Origin: a virus | Lineage: Duplodnaviria > Heunggongvirae > Uroviricota > Caudoviricetes | IMG/VR virus record: IMGVR_UViG_2718218360_000013 | Length of the DNA: 40,343 bases | Direction: 5' to 3' (one strand) | In this document: piece after piece, positions 17,692 to 27,572 of the stretch | Layout: every line of letters starts with the position of its first letter | Position numbering within the stretch: position 1 is the stretch's first letter | Position numbers and translations under genes: made by a program | The notes under the pieces: model-generated | What the model was told of the DNA's origin: nothing | The model's input: the letters and a program-made list of their open reading frames with translations, nothing else | Database searches by the model: none

Positions 17692-18056
17692 GCACGGGCC
17701 TGTTCCGCTTTGTTACCGGTCTTTTTCCGGGGAGCATCCTGTCCGGCTTCGGCTTCGGCTTCGGCTTCGGCTTCGGCTAAATCTGTACCGGCCACTGCAT
17801 GAACCACACCCGCCACGCTCCCCGCATCATCAGCAGACGTCTGTAGTATTCGCACAGTGAGGCATGGCTCCTCCTCCAGTCGGGCAAGCTGCTCCGGGGT
17901 GACCTCAACCTGCTGACGTCCACGCGTGAACAGGAACCCCGCACGACGAAACGCCGAACGACTGCAACGCACTTCTGCCAGCACCGTGACAGAATTGTCA
18001 CCACTGACCTGAAGACCTGAATCATCTGTTGCTGCCACAGTGTGATGTTCATTCAT
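17688..18056 (-). CDS. Small head-associated protein with (EA)n repeat near the C-terminus
   Basis: 122 aa; directly downstream of the major head gene; contains AEAEAEAEAEAG. Confidence 0.55.
   Translation of the reverse strand: MNEHHTVAATDDSGLQVSGDNSVTVLAEVRCSRSAFRRAGFLFTRGRQQVEVTPEQLARLEEEPCLTVRILQTSADDAGSVAGVVHAVAGTDLAEAEAEAEAEAGQDAPRKKTGNKAEQARA
17745..17777. repeat. Hexanucleotide microsatellite (GGCTTC) x5.5 inside a coding sequence
   Basis: ggcttcggcttcggcttcggcttcggcttcggc read directly from the sequence. Confidence 0.95.
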
Positions 18057-18099
18057 ATTTGCCCTCCGCAGGGGCCGGGCCGTAAGCCCGGCTCACCGT

Positions 18100-19047
18100 T
18101 TACAGATAATCCGCGACAACCAGCTCCAGCTTACCCTTCATCTCGTTAGAGACGGTTGCGTTTCCGTCTGCGAACAGTTCACGCTCCAGCAGCTGCACCG
18201 CCTGTTTTTCCAGCGAGGTGGGGACAACAATATGGGTGGGTTTAATGCCGAGTTTGCGGCCACCGTCAGCGGTAAATTCGCGCATGGCTGACCAGCCGTG
18301 CCACAGTGCATCCAGCGTCAGCGGTGACTGCATCATGTAGGCCATCTGCCAGAAGCCGTAGCCCACATTGCGACGGGCGGATGCACCAAACACAAATTCG
18401 TTATCGGTGAATGCGCGACCTTCATCGACTTTGGTCTGGGCAACCAGTTCAGCCTTACGGCGATCCTGATAAATCAGCGGTTTTACCGCGCGGGAGCAGT
18501 CAAGCAGATACCAGGCCGGACCGCTGTAATCAGCCTGTGCGCCGACAGAGCCGGTTTTTGCCACAAACATATTGCTGACCATCTGCGCATCCCCGGAGCC
18601 ATCCACTTTGGGGTAAACCGGATGTTCGGTATCAAAGAAGTTCTGACCGTCATAGCAGGCCGCACTGATCCCGTCACGCAGGGCAGCAAAGACCAGCTCA
18701 TCCGGTTGTACCGCCGCAGCGCGCCCCATCTCCTGGAACAACGGGGAATAAATACCGAGGTTGTCGTCTTCGAAGTCATCGCGGCTAATGGCGACAGTGC
18801 CTTCAAAAGTTTTGTTCACGATGGCATAGCCATAGGCTTTCATCTTCTCGATGACGCGGGAGCCGATCCACTCACGGAACTGCGGGAACTGCCCCAGCCA
18901 GCCGTAGGTGTTGGATTTCGATGTGGAGGGCACGGTCATCGCAATTTTTTTATACTGCGACGGGGCCATGGACATCCCGGCCTGAAAATCAGAACGGTAG
19001 CCCGTCATCAGGGCTGTGATCATCGCCGGTGTAATCGGGGTAGGCAT
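18100..19047 (-). CDS. Major head subunit (Mu T-like)
   Basis: 315 aa; follows the protease/scaffold gene. Confidence 0.8.
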   Translation of the reverse strand: MPTPITPAMITALMTGYRSDFQAGMSMAPSQYKKIAMTVPSTSKSNTYGWLGQFPQFREWIGSRVIEKMKAYGYAIVNKTFEGTVAISRDDFEDDNLGIYSPLFQEMGRAAAVQPDELVFAALRDGISAACYDGQNFFDTEHPVYPKVDGSGDAQMVSNMFVAKTGSVGAQADYSGPAWYLLDCSRAVKPLIYQDRRKAELVAQTKVDEGRAFTDNEFVFGASARRNVGYGFWQMAYMMQSPLTLDALWHGWSAMREFTADGGRKLGIKPTHIVVPTSLEKQAVQLLERELFADGNATVSNEMKGKLELVVADYL

Positions 19048-20171
19048 TATTGCATTTCCTCTTTCATTTTCAGGAACTCGGCTTCGGTTTTACCCAGCAG
19101 TTTGGCGGCCGCGATATCTTCAGCCGACAGCGCAGCGGTGGCAGTCTTTTTATCCGGCACGGTCACGGTGTCGGTCTGAAGAGAGGTCAGGGCCGCAACC
19201 GGCTGGCGGGCGTCAAGCTGTGCAGAAAGTGCCGCAACGCCAATCTGCCCGCCCAGTTGTTCCAGATAGCCGCGTTCGCTTTTGAAGATGCGCCCTTCGG
19301 ATTCAGCCTTGTCCAGCACCTGCTCCAGCGTGGTGCTGCCGTGCTGCGCCGACAGCGCAACGTATTCGGTACGCAGGGCGTTATACGTTTCAACGGGCAC
19401 GTATTTCGTCAGATCAATAATGCCGCCAGCCGGTGTGCCTTTTGCGGTTTCCAGCTCTGCCGACAGACTGGCGACCTGTGTTTTCAGGTTGTCGTGTGCA
19501 TCCGCACGGGTTTTGATCCCGGTGAGGGCAGACAGCGCCGCCGTGCCCAGCTCCGGCGTAAATTCGTCACCGTCAGCCACGGTCAGACCGAGCGCCGTCA
19601 GCAACTGGCGTAATTGCTCATTCATGGAGGTATCCTTTAAAGGAGGGTTTAAGGCGTTATAAAGGTCATCCGCCGACAGCGCGGCGACAGGATTCATGCC
19701 GGTCAGACCGGGGTCACCGGTAATAGCCAGCATCCGAAGTTCGACAGGTTCGCCGGTGTTCTCGTCATAGCCAATCACCGGTGAAAACCAGGGGAATTCG
19801 TTATTACGCAGATGTTCAAGGGCCGGAGGGTTCCACTTCGGGCGCACCTCGAAGCCACGCTCTTCACTGAAGCGAAAATTCTCCGGTGAGGCCATCACAA
19901 AACCGGCAGCCGGTGCCTGATGCCCCTTAATCAGGGTCTGGTGGTTGTAGTCAATTTTCACCGGCTGATTGAGCGCCACAACCCGGGATACCATGCGCTC
20001 AACGGTCGCACGGTTAATCAGCCAGCCCTCGGCCGGTTTTTCCGGGCGACCGTCACGGGCCTTTACCCGACCGGCTGGCATGATCTGACACCAGTCACCG
20101 TCCCCGTCTGCGGACAGGCTGATGGCATTCAGAATGGCATAAGCAAGTTTGGGCGTGTTTTTCGTCTTCAT
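19047..20171 (-). CDS. Head protease/scaffold protein (Mu I-like)
   Basis: 374 aa; position between the G-like and T-like genes. Confidence 0.8.
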   Translation of the reverse strand: MKTKNTPKLAYAILNAISLSADGDGDWCQIMPAGRVKARDGRPEKPAEGWLINRATVERMVSRVVALNQPVKIDYNHQTLIKGHQAPAAGFVMASPENFRFSEERGFEVRPKWNPPALEHLRNNEFPWFSPVIGYDENTGEPVELRMLAITGDPGLTGMNPVAALSADDLYNALNPPLKDTSMNEQLRQLLTALGLTVADGDEFTPELGTAALSALTGIKTRADAHDNLKTQVASLSAELETAKGTPAGGIIDLTKYVPVETYNALRTEYVALSAQHGSTTLEQVLDKAESEGRIFKSERGYLEQLGGQIGVAALSAQLDARQPVAALTSLQTDTVTVPDKKTATAALSAEDIAAAKLLGKTEAEFLKMKEEMQ

Positions 20172-20347
20172 TCCGGCAGCATAAGCCGGGAATTTTCAGG
20201 GCGGGTTTTGCGGGATTTCAGGAAGTGCTTCCAGGGGAAAAATACAAAGGCGCTTCACGCAGATTTTAAAGCCCGTTAAATACAGGTTAGAAAATCACGA
20301 CACGCGCCTGAAGGGGGTAAGGTAATGCATTTGCATACCTTAAACAA
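20172..20347. promoter_or_regulatory. Central G-I intergenic region: candidate late promoter and strong gyrase site equivalent
   Basis: 176-bp non-coding gap near the middle of the prophage; near-palindrome AAGGTAATGCATTTGCATACCTT at 20319-20341. Confidence 0.35.
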
Positions 20348-20821
20348 TTAAGGCGTTTCTGTGGCCTTTTTAAAGCGTTTTCTGATTTCGTCCATGATCT
20401 CCTGCTCTGCCACCTGATCAAAGCCCATATACGGGCGTGCGCCAATGGCCGCCGGTCCCGGTGGCATACCAGGCAGGCCACCCCACTGATGAATGGCCGC
20501 ATAAGGCTCATTTGATCCAATCAGCGCCCAGGTATCGCCATAATCCGTGGTCAGGCGTCGGGCCAGATCGCCGTTCAGCGTCAGGATTTTGCCGGGCATG
20601 TATCCCTTACGGGTACGCCACTTGCGGTAAGGATCTGACCAGTCATGCCAGCGTTCGCCGTCCGGCTCTTTTTCCTGTTCAAACGCCATTTCTGACGATG
20701 ACAGAAGACTCGCCGCCACACTGCGGGCCAGGTCTTTCCCTCCACCCACAAACTGAAGCCGGGCAAAGACCCGCTGGAGACGCGTAACGTCAACAACGAC
20801 AGCGGCATCAATGGATGACAT
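20348..20821 (-). CDS. Virion morphogenesis protein (Mu G-like)
   Basis: 157 aa; position. Confidence 0.7.
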   Translation of the reverse strand: MSSIDAAVVVDVTRLQRVFARLQFVGGGKDLARSVAASLLSSSEMAFEQEKEPDGERWHDWSDPYRKWRTRKGYMPGKILTLNGDLARRLTTDYGDTWALIGSNEPYAAIHQWGGLPGMPPGPAAIGARPYMGFDQVAEQEIMDEIRKRFKKATETP

Positions 20822-20942
20822 ATTGCCTCCGCATAAAGGATGAATATAAAATAAACAGGCGGTCAGTGTACGCTTAACTGGTAAAGTCGGTGCCTGCCTC
20901 CGGGTGGATCATGTATGCGGGTTCAACCCCCGCCACTGACCG

Positions 20943-22274
20943 TTAATCAATATCTCCTTCCAGTACCTCAAGCATTCCACCCCGGATATCCGATTTCAGC
21001 TTATCCATATTGATAACCCGGTAAGCATTCACAATCACATCCAGTTTATCCGGCTGACGCTTCAGGCTGTACGGCGCATTAACGGCAATCTGCACACTGC
21101 TATCCTTACTTTCCACGATATACATCAGATTGTTGTGGCGTTTGTCCCACAGCACCGCTTTTGGCTTTGCCAGCATTGCCGGTAATCGACCGAAATCCTC
21201 CGGCGTCAGGGCGATACCGTCATTCTGATGTTTCATGCTGTCCGCATGGAGCACATTTTTACCGCTCATCGCCAGCAGGCGGGCCGGTGGCGTTCCCGTC
21301 CGGCTTTCCACCGCCTGCGCAATGCTTTCGGTCATAAAGCCCAGCGTGCGGATATCGTTACCGCCTCGCCGGGTTTTCATGATGTTTTTTGCCCAGATGC
21401 GGAACGCCAGCTGCCGCTCCGGGCTGTTGTTCATCTCCTGCACTACCATTTCCCGCAGCGCCGGGCTTTTCACCTCGATCAGTTTACGGATCAACGCCTG
21501 GTCTGTGCCGAACGCCGCCGAGCCGGGGTTATATGACCAGCCCACATCCGGTGTCATGGTTCTGGTGCCATCTGAATATGTGGTCACCGGCATTTCTCTG
21601 ACTTCTCCGGTCTGCTTATCCACGCCAGCCTCAACATTGCGGGTGGAAAGATGATCCTGACCGGATGAAACGGATAACCCCATTGCATCCAGACGGGTCT
21701 GAGACAATGGCCGGACACGGCAGCGGCAGTTCCAGCCATTGGGTGGGTAGTGTGTATTCCAGAACGGATCGTCATAGCGGAATACCTGCCCGTTAAGGGC
21801 GGAATGCGCCGGGCGGGTGCGGCTGTCCATCACCGCCACATACTGCCAGAACGGATGCGTGTCCGTGTTGTTCATCATCTGCGTGTAACGCCCGGCATTG
21901 TAAGCCACGCGGGTGTTCACGTTGTAAATCAGCGCCAGACGGCGGGGACTGCCCAGTTGCACTTCTTCTGCGTTACCGGCGCTGTCCACCACAATCTGCT
22001 TTCCCCACCATCCCAGCTTTTGCAGGCGGGGTGTCAGTGTGCGGATAAATGCTTTCTGTGAAATCCCCTCATCAACAGCACGCTGCACTTCCGCCTGTAG
22101 TGTGGTCAGTACGTCCAGGCGTGCCACTTTTGCCGCCGTGAATGAACGGGCATGAACATCCGCGTCTGTTTCGAACCAGTTCCAGCTGATATGCGCCCCT
22201 TTGGCGCGGAAGTATGCCACCGCCTCTTTTGAGGGAAGCGTGGCGGCATAACCTAAATCAATCCCCTGTGCCAT
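20943..22274 (-). CDS. Head morphogenesis protein (Mu F-like)
   Basis: 443 aa downstream of the portal gene. Confidence 0.75.
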   Translation of the reverse strand: MAQGIDLGYAATLPSKEAVAYFRAKGAHISWNWFETDADVHARSFTAAKVARLDVLTTLQAEVQRAVDEGISQKAFIRTLTPRLQKLGWWGKQIVVDSAGNAEEVQLGSPRRLALIYNVNTRVAYNAGRYTQMMNNTDTHPFWQYVAVMDSRTRPAHSALNGQVFRYDDPFWNTHYPPNGWNCRCRVRPLSQTRLDAMGLSVSSGQDHLSTRNVEAGVDKQTGEVREMPVTTYSDGTRTMTPDVGWSYNPGSAAFGTDQALIRKLIEVKSPALREMVVQEMNNSPERQLAFRIWAKNIMKTRRGGNDIRTLGFMTESIAQAVESRTGTPPARLLAMSGKNVLHADSMKHQNDGIALTPEDFGRLPAMLAKPKAVLWDKRHNNLMYIVESKDSSVQIAVNAPYSLKRQPDKLDVIVNAYRVINMDKLKSDIRGGMLEVLEGDID

Positions 22275-23856
22275 CCAGCATCCCCTTCATTTCCGCAGCA
22301 AACATGGCATCACTGAGCAGCGTCATCAGGCGGGAATCATCCATTTCACGGTAAAGGGCAGGCAGGTCTGCCAGTGCCTCCGCCAGCCCCCGCGTTCTGA
22401 TGGCTTCAATGACCGGCTCCAGTACCGGGTCGATGGCCTCCTGTAACCGGCGGGCAGGCACCGCATCCCCCATGTCGTCCAGTTCATCTCGGGGGCTGCT
22501 CTTCGCTTCCGGCAGTCTGGCAGCCAGCGCTGTCTGCTCTGTCTTCTCCTGTTTTTCCGGTGGCATCTCTTTGTCTGTCTGAGCAGGTTCATTGCCACTC
22601 TGACGGACACGGAAGATGGCTTCACCGGGGGCAGGCTGTGGAATACCGGTCTGCTCCCGCACCCAGGGATCAGGAATATCCATCCCCGTACTGAGCTGCA
22701 TCACCGCACTGGTGATTTTGGTGATATCCCCCGGCTCTTTTGTCTGGAAACAGATACGCGGCAGGCGACGGATATCAATGGCGTGGGCGGTGTTCAGGGC
22801 ATACAGCGGATACACCAGATCGCGGTTCAGCGTGGCGGCCAGCTGACGTAAATCAGAATCCCTGATTTCCCGGCGCACCTCGTTATGCACTTCACCCAGC
22901 GAACGTGCGCCCTTGTCTCCGGCTTCCGTGGTCAGCGTGCCGCCGAGGATAGCTTTGGAGATGGAACGCTCCCCCCACGAAATCATGGTTTCAAACGGAT
23001 CGGCCTGACCGTTCGCTGCCGCCTGAAACTCCAGCGACATCCCGGCCGGGATGATCCCGCCTGTACGTCGCCCGATATCCATCACCGCCCGCATCAGGGC
23101 GCTTTTCTGCTCCGGTGTTGCCCCGGACGGGTATTTACCGACCTTCATCGGCAGGCCGTACACCTCCAGAAATTCAGCCAGATCGCGCACGGAATAGTTT
23201 TTGAAAATGAACGGCCAGATAAGCGTTCTGACAAGCCCCGTCGCACCACCGTAGCCAGTGCGTGAACGCGACTGATGCACTATCCAGCCAAAGGGCTGAA
23301 ACGCCACCCCGGCATGGCTGCCGTCACGCAGCCGCAGTTCGCTCAAATCATCCGGGTTAAGGCAGAAATGCCCGCTGTCACGCCAGCGGATGGCGCGGAT
23401 GATGTGCATTTTACCGAGCATCCCGTGCTCAATCTCCATACAGGAATAGCCCTTCAGGATGGCATCGGTGGCATCAAACAGCATGGCATCAAACCAGTCG
23501 GCGGAATGCAGATATTCGTCGAGCATTTCCGCGTCCTTTTTCTCATTCGCGCTGGCGTTCGGGGGCGGCTCAATACTCCAGGACACCCCCTGAATGGCAA
23601 GGCGTCGCTTGCCCAGCTCTGCAAAAAGGTGGGTATCCTTTTCTTCAATGTCAGCGGCCAGATCGGACTGGGCAATCAGATCGCCACGTTCAGCTCCGCG
23701 AAGGCACTGTGCCGCCCGGTTCGGGGTGATACCCGAGGCCGGATGTTCAATATAACGGCTGGCAATCTGCGGAATATCCAGCACGGCACTCTGCATCTCC
23801 GGGTCAAAGGAGAAAGGTTTTCCGTCAAGATCAATTATGCGTCCCACTACCAGCAC
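22258..23856 (-). CDS. Portal protein (Mu gp29-like)
   Basis: 532 aa directly downstream of the terminase large subunit. Confidence 0.8.
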   Translation of the reverse strand: MLVVGRIIDLDGKPFSFDPEMQSAVLDIPQIASRYIEHPASGITPNRAAQCLRGAERGDLIAQSDLAADIEEKDTHLFAELGKRRLAIQGVSWSIEPPPNASANEKKDAEMLDEYLHSADWFDAMLFDATDAILKGYSCMEIEHGMLGKMHIIRAIRWRDSGHFCLNPDDLSELRLRDGSHAGVAFQPFGWIVHQSRSRTGYGGATGLVRTLIWPFIFKNYSVRDLAEFLEVYGLPMKVGKYPSGATPEQKSALMRAVMDIGRRTGGIIPAGMSLEFQAAANGQADPFETMISWGERSISKAILGGTLTTEAGDKGARSLGEVHNEVRREIRDSDLRQLAATLNRDLVYPLYALNTAHAIDIRRLPRICFQTKEPGDITKITSAVMQLSTGMDIPDPWVREQTGIPQPAPGEAIFRVRQSGNEPAQTDKEMPPEKQEKTEQTALAARLPEAKSSPRDELDDMGDAVPARRLQEAIDPVLEPVIEAIRTRGLAEALADLPALYREMDDSRLMTLLSDAMFAAEMKGMLDGTGD

Positions 23857-25511
23857 CCCCGATCAAATTCATGATATGCCTCATCGTCATCACGATAACC
23901 GCCCTCCATTGCCCGCGACCGCTCCGGCAGCGCCTGACAGGCTGATTCATCCAGGATGAAGCCCTCCATGTATGACGCCCGGTTTGCCATACAGAGCGCC
24001 ACGGCAAAATCACCATGGCGGCGGGCGTTCACAGCCGTTGCGTTCTGGTCCTTCGTACGCCCCTTGTCGATTTGCGGGATACCGTTCACCACCTTCACAT
24101 GGCGCAAATCATCAAGCGTGGTCTGATGGCGGGCGACGAGGATATTCTGATCCTCAAACTCGGCCTTCAGTTTTGGCATCCACTCGCCATACCACTTCGG
24201 CGATAACATCACGCAGTCGATGATGTCCGGGCCAAAGGCCAGCAGCGCGGCTTCGGCCAGATAGCCGCCGTTACCGGTGGCGTCGAACGCCGCACCGACC
24301 AGCGCCGGAACGCGGGTCAGGATGTACATCATCACCTGCTCCTGCTGGGCATACGGCAGGTTGCGCAGCTCCACGCGAAACACCTCGCGTTTTGCCAGGG
24401 ATTCAGTGATTTCCAGCAGCACAAAGCAGGACAGGTCTCCGGTGCGGGCAAAGTCTTCCCCGAAGCTGAAGCGGGAACGGGGATTTAACGCCTCTAAAAG
24501 CGGTTTTAAATGTTCTTCACACCAGGTTAAAACCTCCGATTCACGCAGCCATGCGGCACGGCTGATGAAGTCGTCCGGGGCTTCAAACGTCAGAATCGGG
24601 ATGTCGCGGATCATCGCCATTTCAATAAGCGCGTGAGGAATATAGGCACCGCCGGATTTTTTCGGGATACAGCCGTATTCCTCGTCGGCATCCTCACGGG
24701 TCGGGGCGTTTTTGTAGAGATCATCACGCCACTTCTGCTCGCTTTCCGGTGACCATTCGCGGCCGGTGACATAACAGATACGACGGTACAGCCCGTCCGC
24801 AATGGCATCATCCAGGGTAATGCGGTGGACGCTGTAATCCTTGCGCCCCTCGCGGGCTTCCTGAATGTACTGATTAAACAGATTATCGACGCCGTTATGC
24901 GTGGAGATAATACGCACGCGCGCGCCCCACATGGTAAGCGCCATTGCCGCCTTGAGAAGCTCATCCAGTGACTCGTGGAACGCGGCTTCATCAATCACCA
25001 CATCCCCCTGAAGGCCGCGCAGGTTTGACGGACGGGAAGACAGTGCCTGAATTTTGAATCCACTGTTCGGAAAGCGGATCATGTAGGTCAGAATTTCTTC
25101 TTTTTTATCCCGATCCCAGAAGGTCTGCTCATACACATCAGCATCTGCCAGCTGGTTAAAGGCACGGGAGAACAGTGCGCAGGCAGAAATATATTCCAGC
25201 GCCATCTCCTGCTTTGACCCCACATAAAACACATTGCGGCCACCACGCCGCTTCGGTTTTGCAGCGGTAATGACGTTACGCCCGGCTTCCGCCCAGGTAA
25301 GCCCGGTGCGGCGGGATTTTTCCGCGATGCAGACCTCGCTTTCATCCTCAAACCAGCGGGCCTGATAATCCAGAAACACCGGCATATCACCGGGCAAATC
25401 AAGGCTGTCCGGCACATCCACGCCCAGCAGGGCTTTTTCACCGGCCAGATCAATTTTGCGGGTGGAGACGGTATTCGTCAGTAAGGGTGAGAGTTCTTCG
25501 GCGTTATTCAT
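23847..25511 (-). CDS. Terminase large subunit (Mu gp28-like)
   Basis: 554 aa; DVVIDEAAF Walker B-like motif; position. Confidence 0.85.
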   Translation of the reverse strand: MNNAEELSPLLTNTVSTRKIDLAGEKALLGVDVPDSLDLPGDMPVFLDYQARWFEDESEVCIAEKSRRTGLTWAEAGRNVITAAKPKRRGGRNVFYVGSKQEMALEYISACALFSRAFNQLADADVYEQTFWDRDKKEEILTYMIRFPNSGFKIQALSSRPSNLRGLQGDVVIDEAAFHESLDELLKAAMALTMWGARVRIISTHNGVDNLFNQYIQEAREGRKDYSVHRITLDDAIADGLYRRICYVTGREWSPESEQKWRDDLYKNAPTREDADEEYGCIPKKSGGAYIPHALIEMAMIRDIPILTFEAPDDFISRAAWLRESEVLTWCEEHLKPLLEALNPRSRFSFGEDFARTGDLSCFVLLEITESLAKREVFRVELRNLPYAQQEQVMMYILTRVPALVGAAFDATGNGGYLAEAALLAFGPDIIDCVMLSPKWYGEWMPKLKAEFEDQNILVARHQTTLDDLRHVKVVNGIPQIDKGRTKDQNATAVNARRHGDFAVALCMANRASYMEGFILDESACQALPERSRAMEGGYRDDDEAYHEFDRGCW

Positions 25512-26092
25512 CAGGCTTTACCCAACAGAATCCCCTTAATACGGGACTCAAGCTGTTCACTCATCCCGTCCACGCCGCGCAGCTCGTCGGTGACCGCGTT
25601 TGCCATCTCTTCAGCAAATGCGGCCCGGATTTCTTTTTCACGCTTAATGCTGCGCTCGGCGGCACTTTCCGCACGCTGTGCTGACAGGAGGATGTCTTTG
25701 ATGAGGCGCATATCCACGTCGCTGTCGCTGTTCAGAGATTCGGTCGCGGCACGCAGGCGGCGGTACATCAGGGCGCGGGACATTTCCAGAATCAGCGCTG
25801 TGGTTTCACCGGTTGGCTTGTCCCCCAGTTCGGCCATCATGGCTTTTGTCTGCTCGCGTAAATCACGCAGGTTACGGGCAATCAGCTCATTACGGGAGGC
25901 TTCCCGGCTGATGGCCGCCGGTGAAAGCTGCTGCTCTTCCGGCAGGCCCGCCTCTCGGATCAGACGGTTGATTTCCTCGCGGATCTGGACCTGCGTCAGA
26001 CGTTTTTCACGCAGCATTTCCAGCAGCGGCTTACGGATGCTGTCGGGGAGCAAATCCACCTTGCGTACACGACCACGCGTCGGCTTGTCCAT
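25511..26092 (-). CDS. Mu gp27-like protein (putative small terminase subunit)
   Basis: 193 aa; helical, charged; directly upstream of the large terminase. Confidence 0.6.
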   Translation of the reverse strand: MDKPTRGRVRKVDLLPDSIRKPLLEMLREKRLTQVQIREEINRLIREAGLPEEQQLSPAAISREASRNELIARNLRDLREQTKAMMAELGDKPTGETTALILEMSRALMYRRLRAATESLNSDSDVDMRLIKDILLSAQRAESAAERSIKREKEIRAAFAEEMANAVTDELRGVDGMSEQLESRIKGILLGKA

Positions 26093-26094
26093 CG

Positions 26095-26385
26095 TTACCC
26101 CCTTGCGCGTGGTTTCTTCACACCCGGAACGCAGGCCCGGCCTTCCGCCACATCCTGCCCACGACCGGTCAGTTCCGCGATGAAATAACCGTTAATCAGA
26201 ACGCGTTTGCGCACCAGTCCCTGCTCGGCAAGCCAGGCAATGTGGGTGTGAACGGTGTCGCGGGACACGCGGTGGCCGTAATCATCCAGACAGTCCTGGA
26301 GCACGGATTCACCCAGTTCACCGTTGTAATCTGCCAGCGACCGCAGAATGACCAGACGCTGATCTTCAGTAATGAAATCACTCAT
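26095..26385 (-). CDS. Mu gp26-like small protein
   Basis: 96 aa; position. Confidence 0.5.
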   Translation of the reverse strand: MSDFITEDQRLVILRSLADYNGELGESVLQDCLDDYGHRVSRDTVHTHIAWLAEQGLVRKRVLINGYFIAELTGRGQDVAEGRACVPGVKKPRARG

Positions 26386-26690
26386 TGCGTTTTTTTCCTT
26401 ACAGCCTGCTCCAGCAGCAGTTCGTTCTGATAGGAGACAGAGCGGAGCGTGGCGTTCGTGGTTTTCAGTTCACCCCGCAGGGTCACGATTTCCACATTCA
26501 GACGGTTGACCTCGGCTTCTGTCGGCAGTGACGACAGGCGGGTTTCCACCTTCTCAACGCGGTCGGAGAGTTTTTCAAAGGCCTCGCGGGGGACAAACGT
26601 TTTGCGCATCAGCGCCATGAATATCCCGCCAGCGGTTGCCGTCGCCGAAAGGATCGGCACAACATAATCTTTAACGATGCTGACCCACAT
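26382..26690 (-). CDS. Mu gp25-like membrane/coiled-coil protein
   Basis: 102 aa; N-terminal hydrophobic helix. Confidence 0.5.
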   Translation of the reverse strand: MWVSIVKDYVVPILSATATAGGIFMALMRKTFVPREAFEKLSDRVEKVETRLSSLPTEAEVNRLNVEIVTLRGELKTTNATLRSVSYQNELLLEQAVRKKTQ

Positions 26691-26898
26691 TACGGGCCTC
26701 CATGATGTTCTGGCAGTTCACACAACGGATGGCATCAGGCACAGCAACAAGACGTGCGGCGGGGATCTCTCCACCACAGTCCGCGCAGACACGTCTGCCC
26801 GGCGTATCCACTGCCTGGCGCTTACGTGTCAGCCGGTTACAAAGGGCGCGTTCTGATCCCCGCTCCATCACAGCCTGAGCACGATCTGAATCATCCAT
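26671..26898 (-). CDS. TraR/DksA-family C4 zinc-finger protein
   Basis: CADCGG...17 aa...CVNC four-cysteine pattern; 75 aa. Confidence 0.65.
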   Translation of the reverse strand: MDDSDRAQAVMERGSERALCNRLTRKRQAVDTPGRRVCADCGGEIPAARLVAVPDAIRCVNCQNIMEARNVGQHR

Positions 26899-26907
26899 AC
26901 CTTTTCC

Positions 26908-27279
26908 TTACTTCGTTTTTCCTGCCGGAACAGCAGGCGTTCCGGCCATATCAGTAAATTCATGTTGTCGCCGCGTCTCCAGACGACGAATACTGGCCTT
27001 GTCCACGTTGCAGTTCTTGATCACCGCCAGCAGTTGCAGGTTGTAAGTGACCGATGCCCCAAACGTGAACGGCTCCGGCGCAGGAGGGACTAGGCAGTCA
27101 GCCAGCCATTCAGCGGGGATCGGCACCGGCTTCACAGGCACGTATTTCACAGACGGCCCGGCGCACCCGATCAGCCACATCATCAGGAACAGGGGCAGAG
27201 GCCGCAGGCACTGCTGCCAGCGACCGGCGGACAACGCTCTGCTGCCCCTCGCTGTGCTGAATGTTCTGTTGTTTTTCAT
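26908..27279 (-). CDS. Putative o-spanin (outer-membrane lipoprotein), overlapping the i-spanin gene in another frame
   Basis: Lipobox-like LIGC after a hydrophobic stretch; Pro-rich mature part; start uncertain. Confidence 0.5.
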   Translation of the reverse strand: MKNNRTFSTARGSRALSAGRWQQCLRPLPLFLMMWLIGCAGPSVKYVPVKPVPIPAEWLADCLVPPAPEPFTFGASVTYNLQLLAVIKNCNVDKASIRRLETRRQHEFTDMAGTPAVPAGKTK

Positions 27280-27460
27280 TCGTGGCCGCCTCACTGATTT
27301 GTGAAATGAGTTGCAGGGTGTGCTGCTGATTTGCCAGCACCTGACGCGCCTCATCCCGCTCACGCACAAGCACCTGATTATTGTCTTCAAGGCGCTGCGT
27401 CTTCTGGTGCATTCCCCATATCGCGGCAACCAGTACAGCGATAATCCCCAGCGCCGCCAT
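27110..27460 (-). CDS. Putative i-spanin (N-terminal TM helix then coiled coil); start uncertain, alternative at 27610
   Basis: MAALGIIAVLVAAIWG followed by Gln/Glu-rich helical sequence; downstream of the endolysin. Confidence 0.5.
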   Translation of the reverse strand: MAALGIIAVLVAAIWGMHQKTQRLEDNNQVLVRERDEARQVLANQQHTLQLISQISEAATNEKQQNIQHSEGQQSVVRRSLAAVPAASAPVPDDVADRVRRAVCEIRACEAGADPR

Positions 27461-27572
27461 GCACGCCCCGGCAATCAGGGCCGGTAAGGCATTATTCACC
27501 GCAGCCACAGGACACCCCGTAACAGCAGTACCGCACACAGCAGCGCTATCATGATCGGTCGCCAGAAGCGGT

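Noticed and set aside
17745-17777. CRISPR-like array
   Set aside because: Contiguous 6-bp tandem repeat without spacers, in-frame inside a coding sequence; it is a microsatellite.
18074-18092. Hairpin GCCGGGC-CGTAA-GCCCGGC downstream of the major head gene as a terminator
   Set aside because: No U-tract follows on the transcribed strand; more likely an mRNA-stabilising or attenuating structure, and I could not support it further.
20172-20347. Anti-CRISPR locus between G and the protease/scaffold gene, as in Pseudomonas Mu-like phages
   Set aside because: The gap is only 176 bp and holds no credible ORF (the longest is a 13-codon reading frame with no SD). The 77-aa ORF at 20287-20520 mostly overlaps G in another frame.
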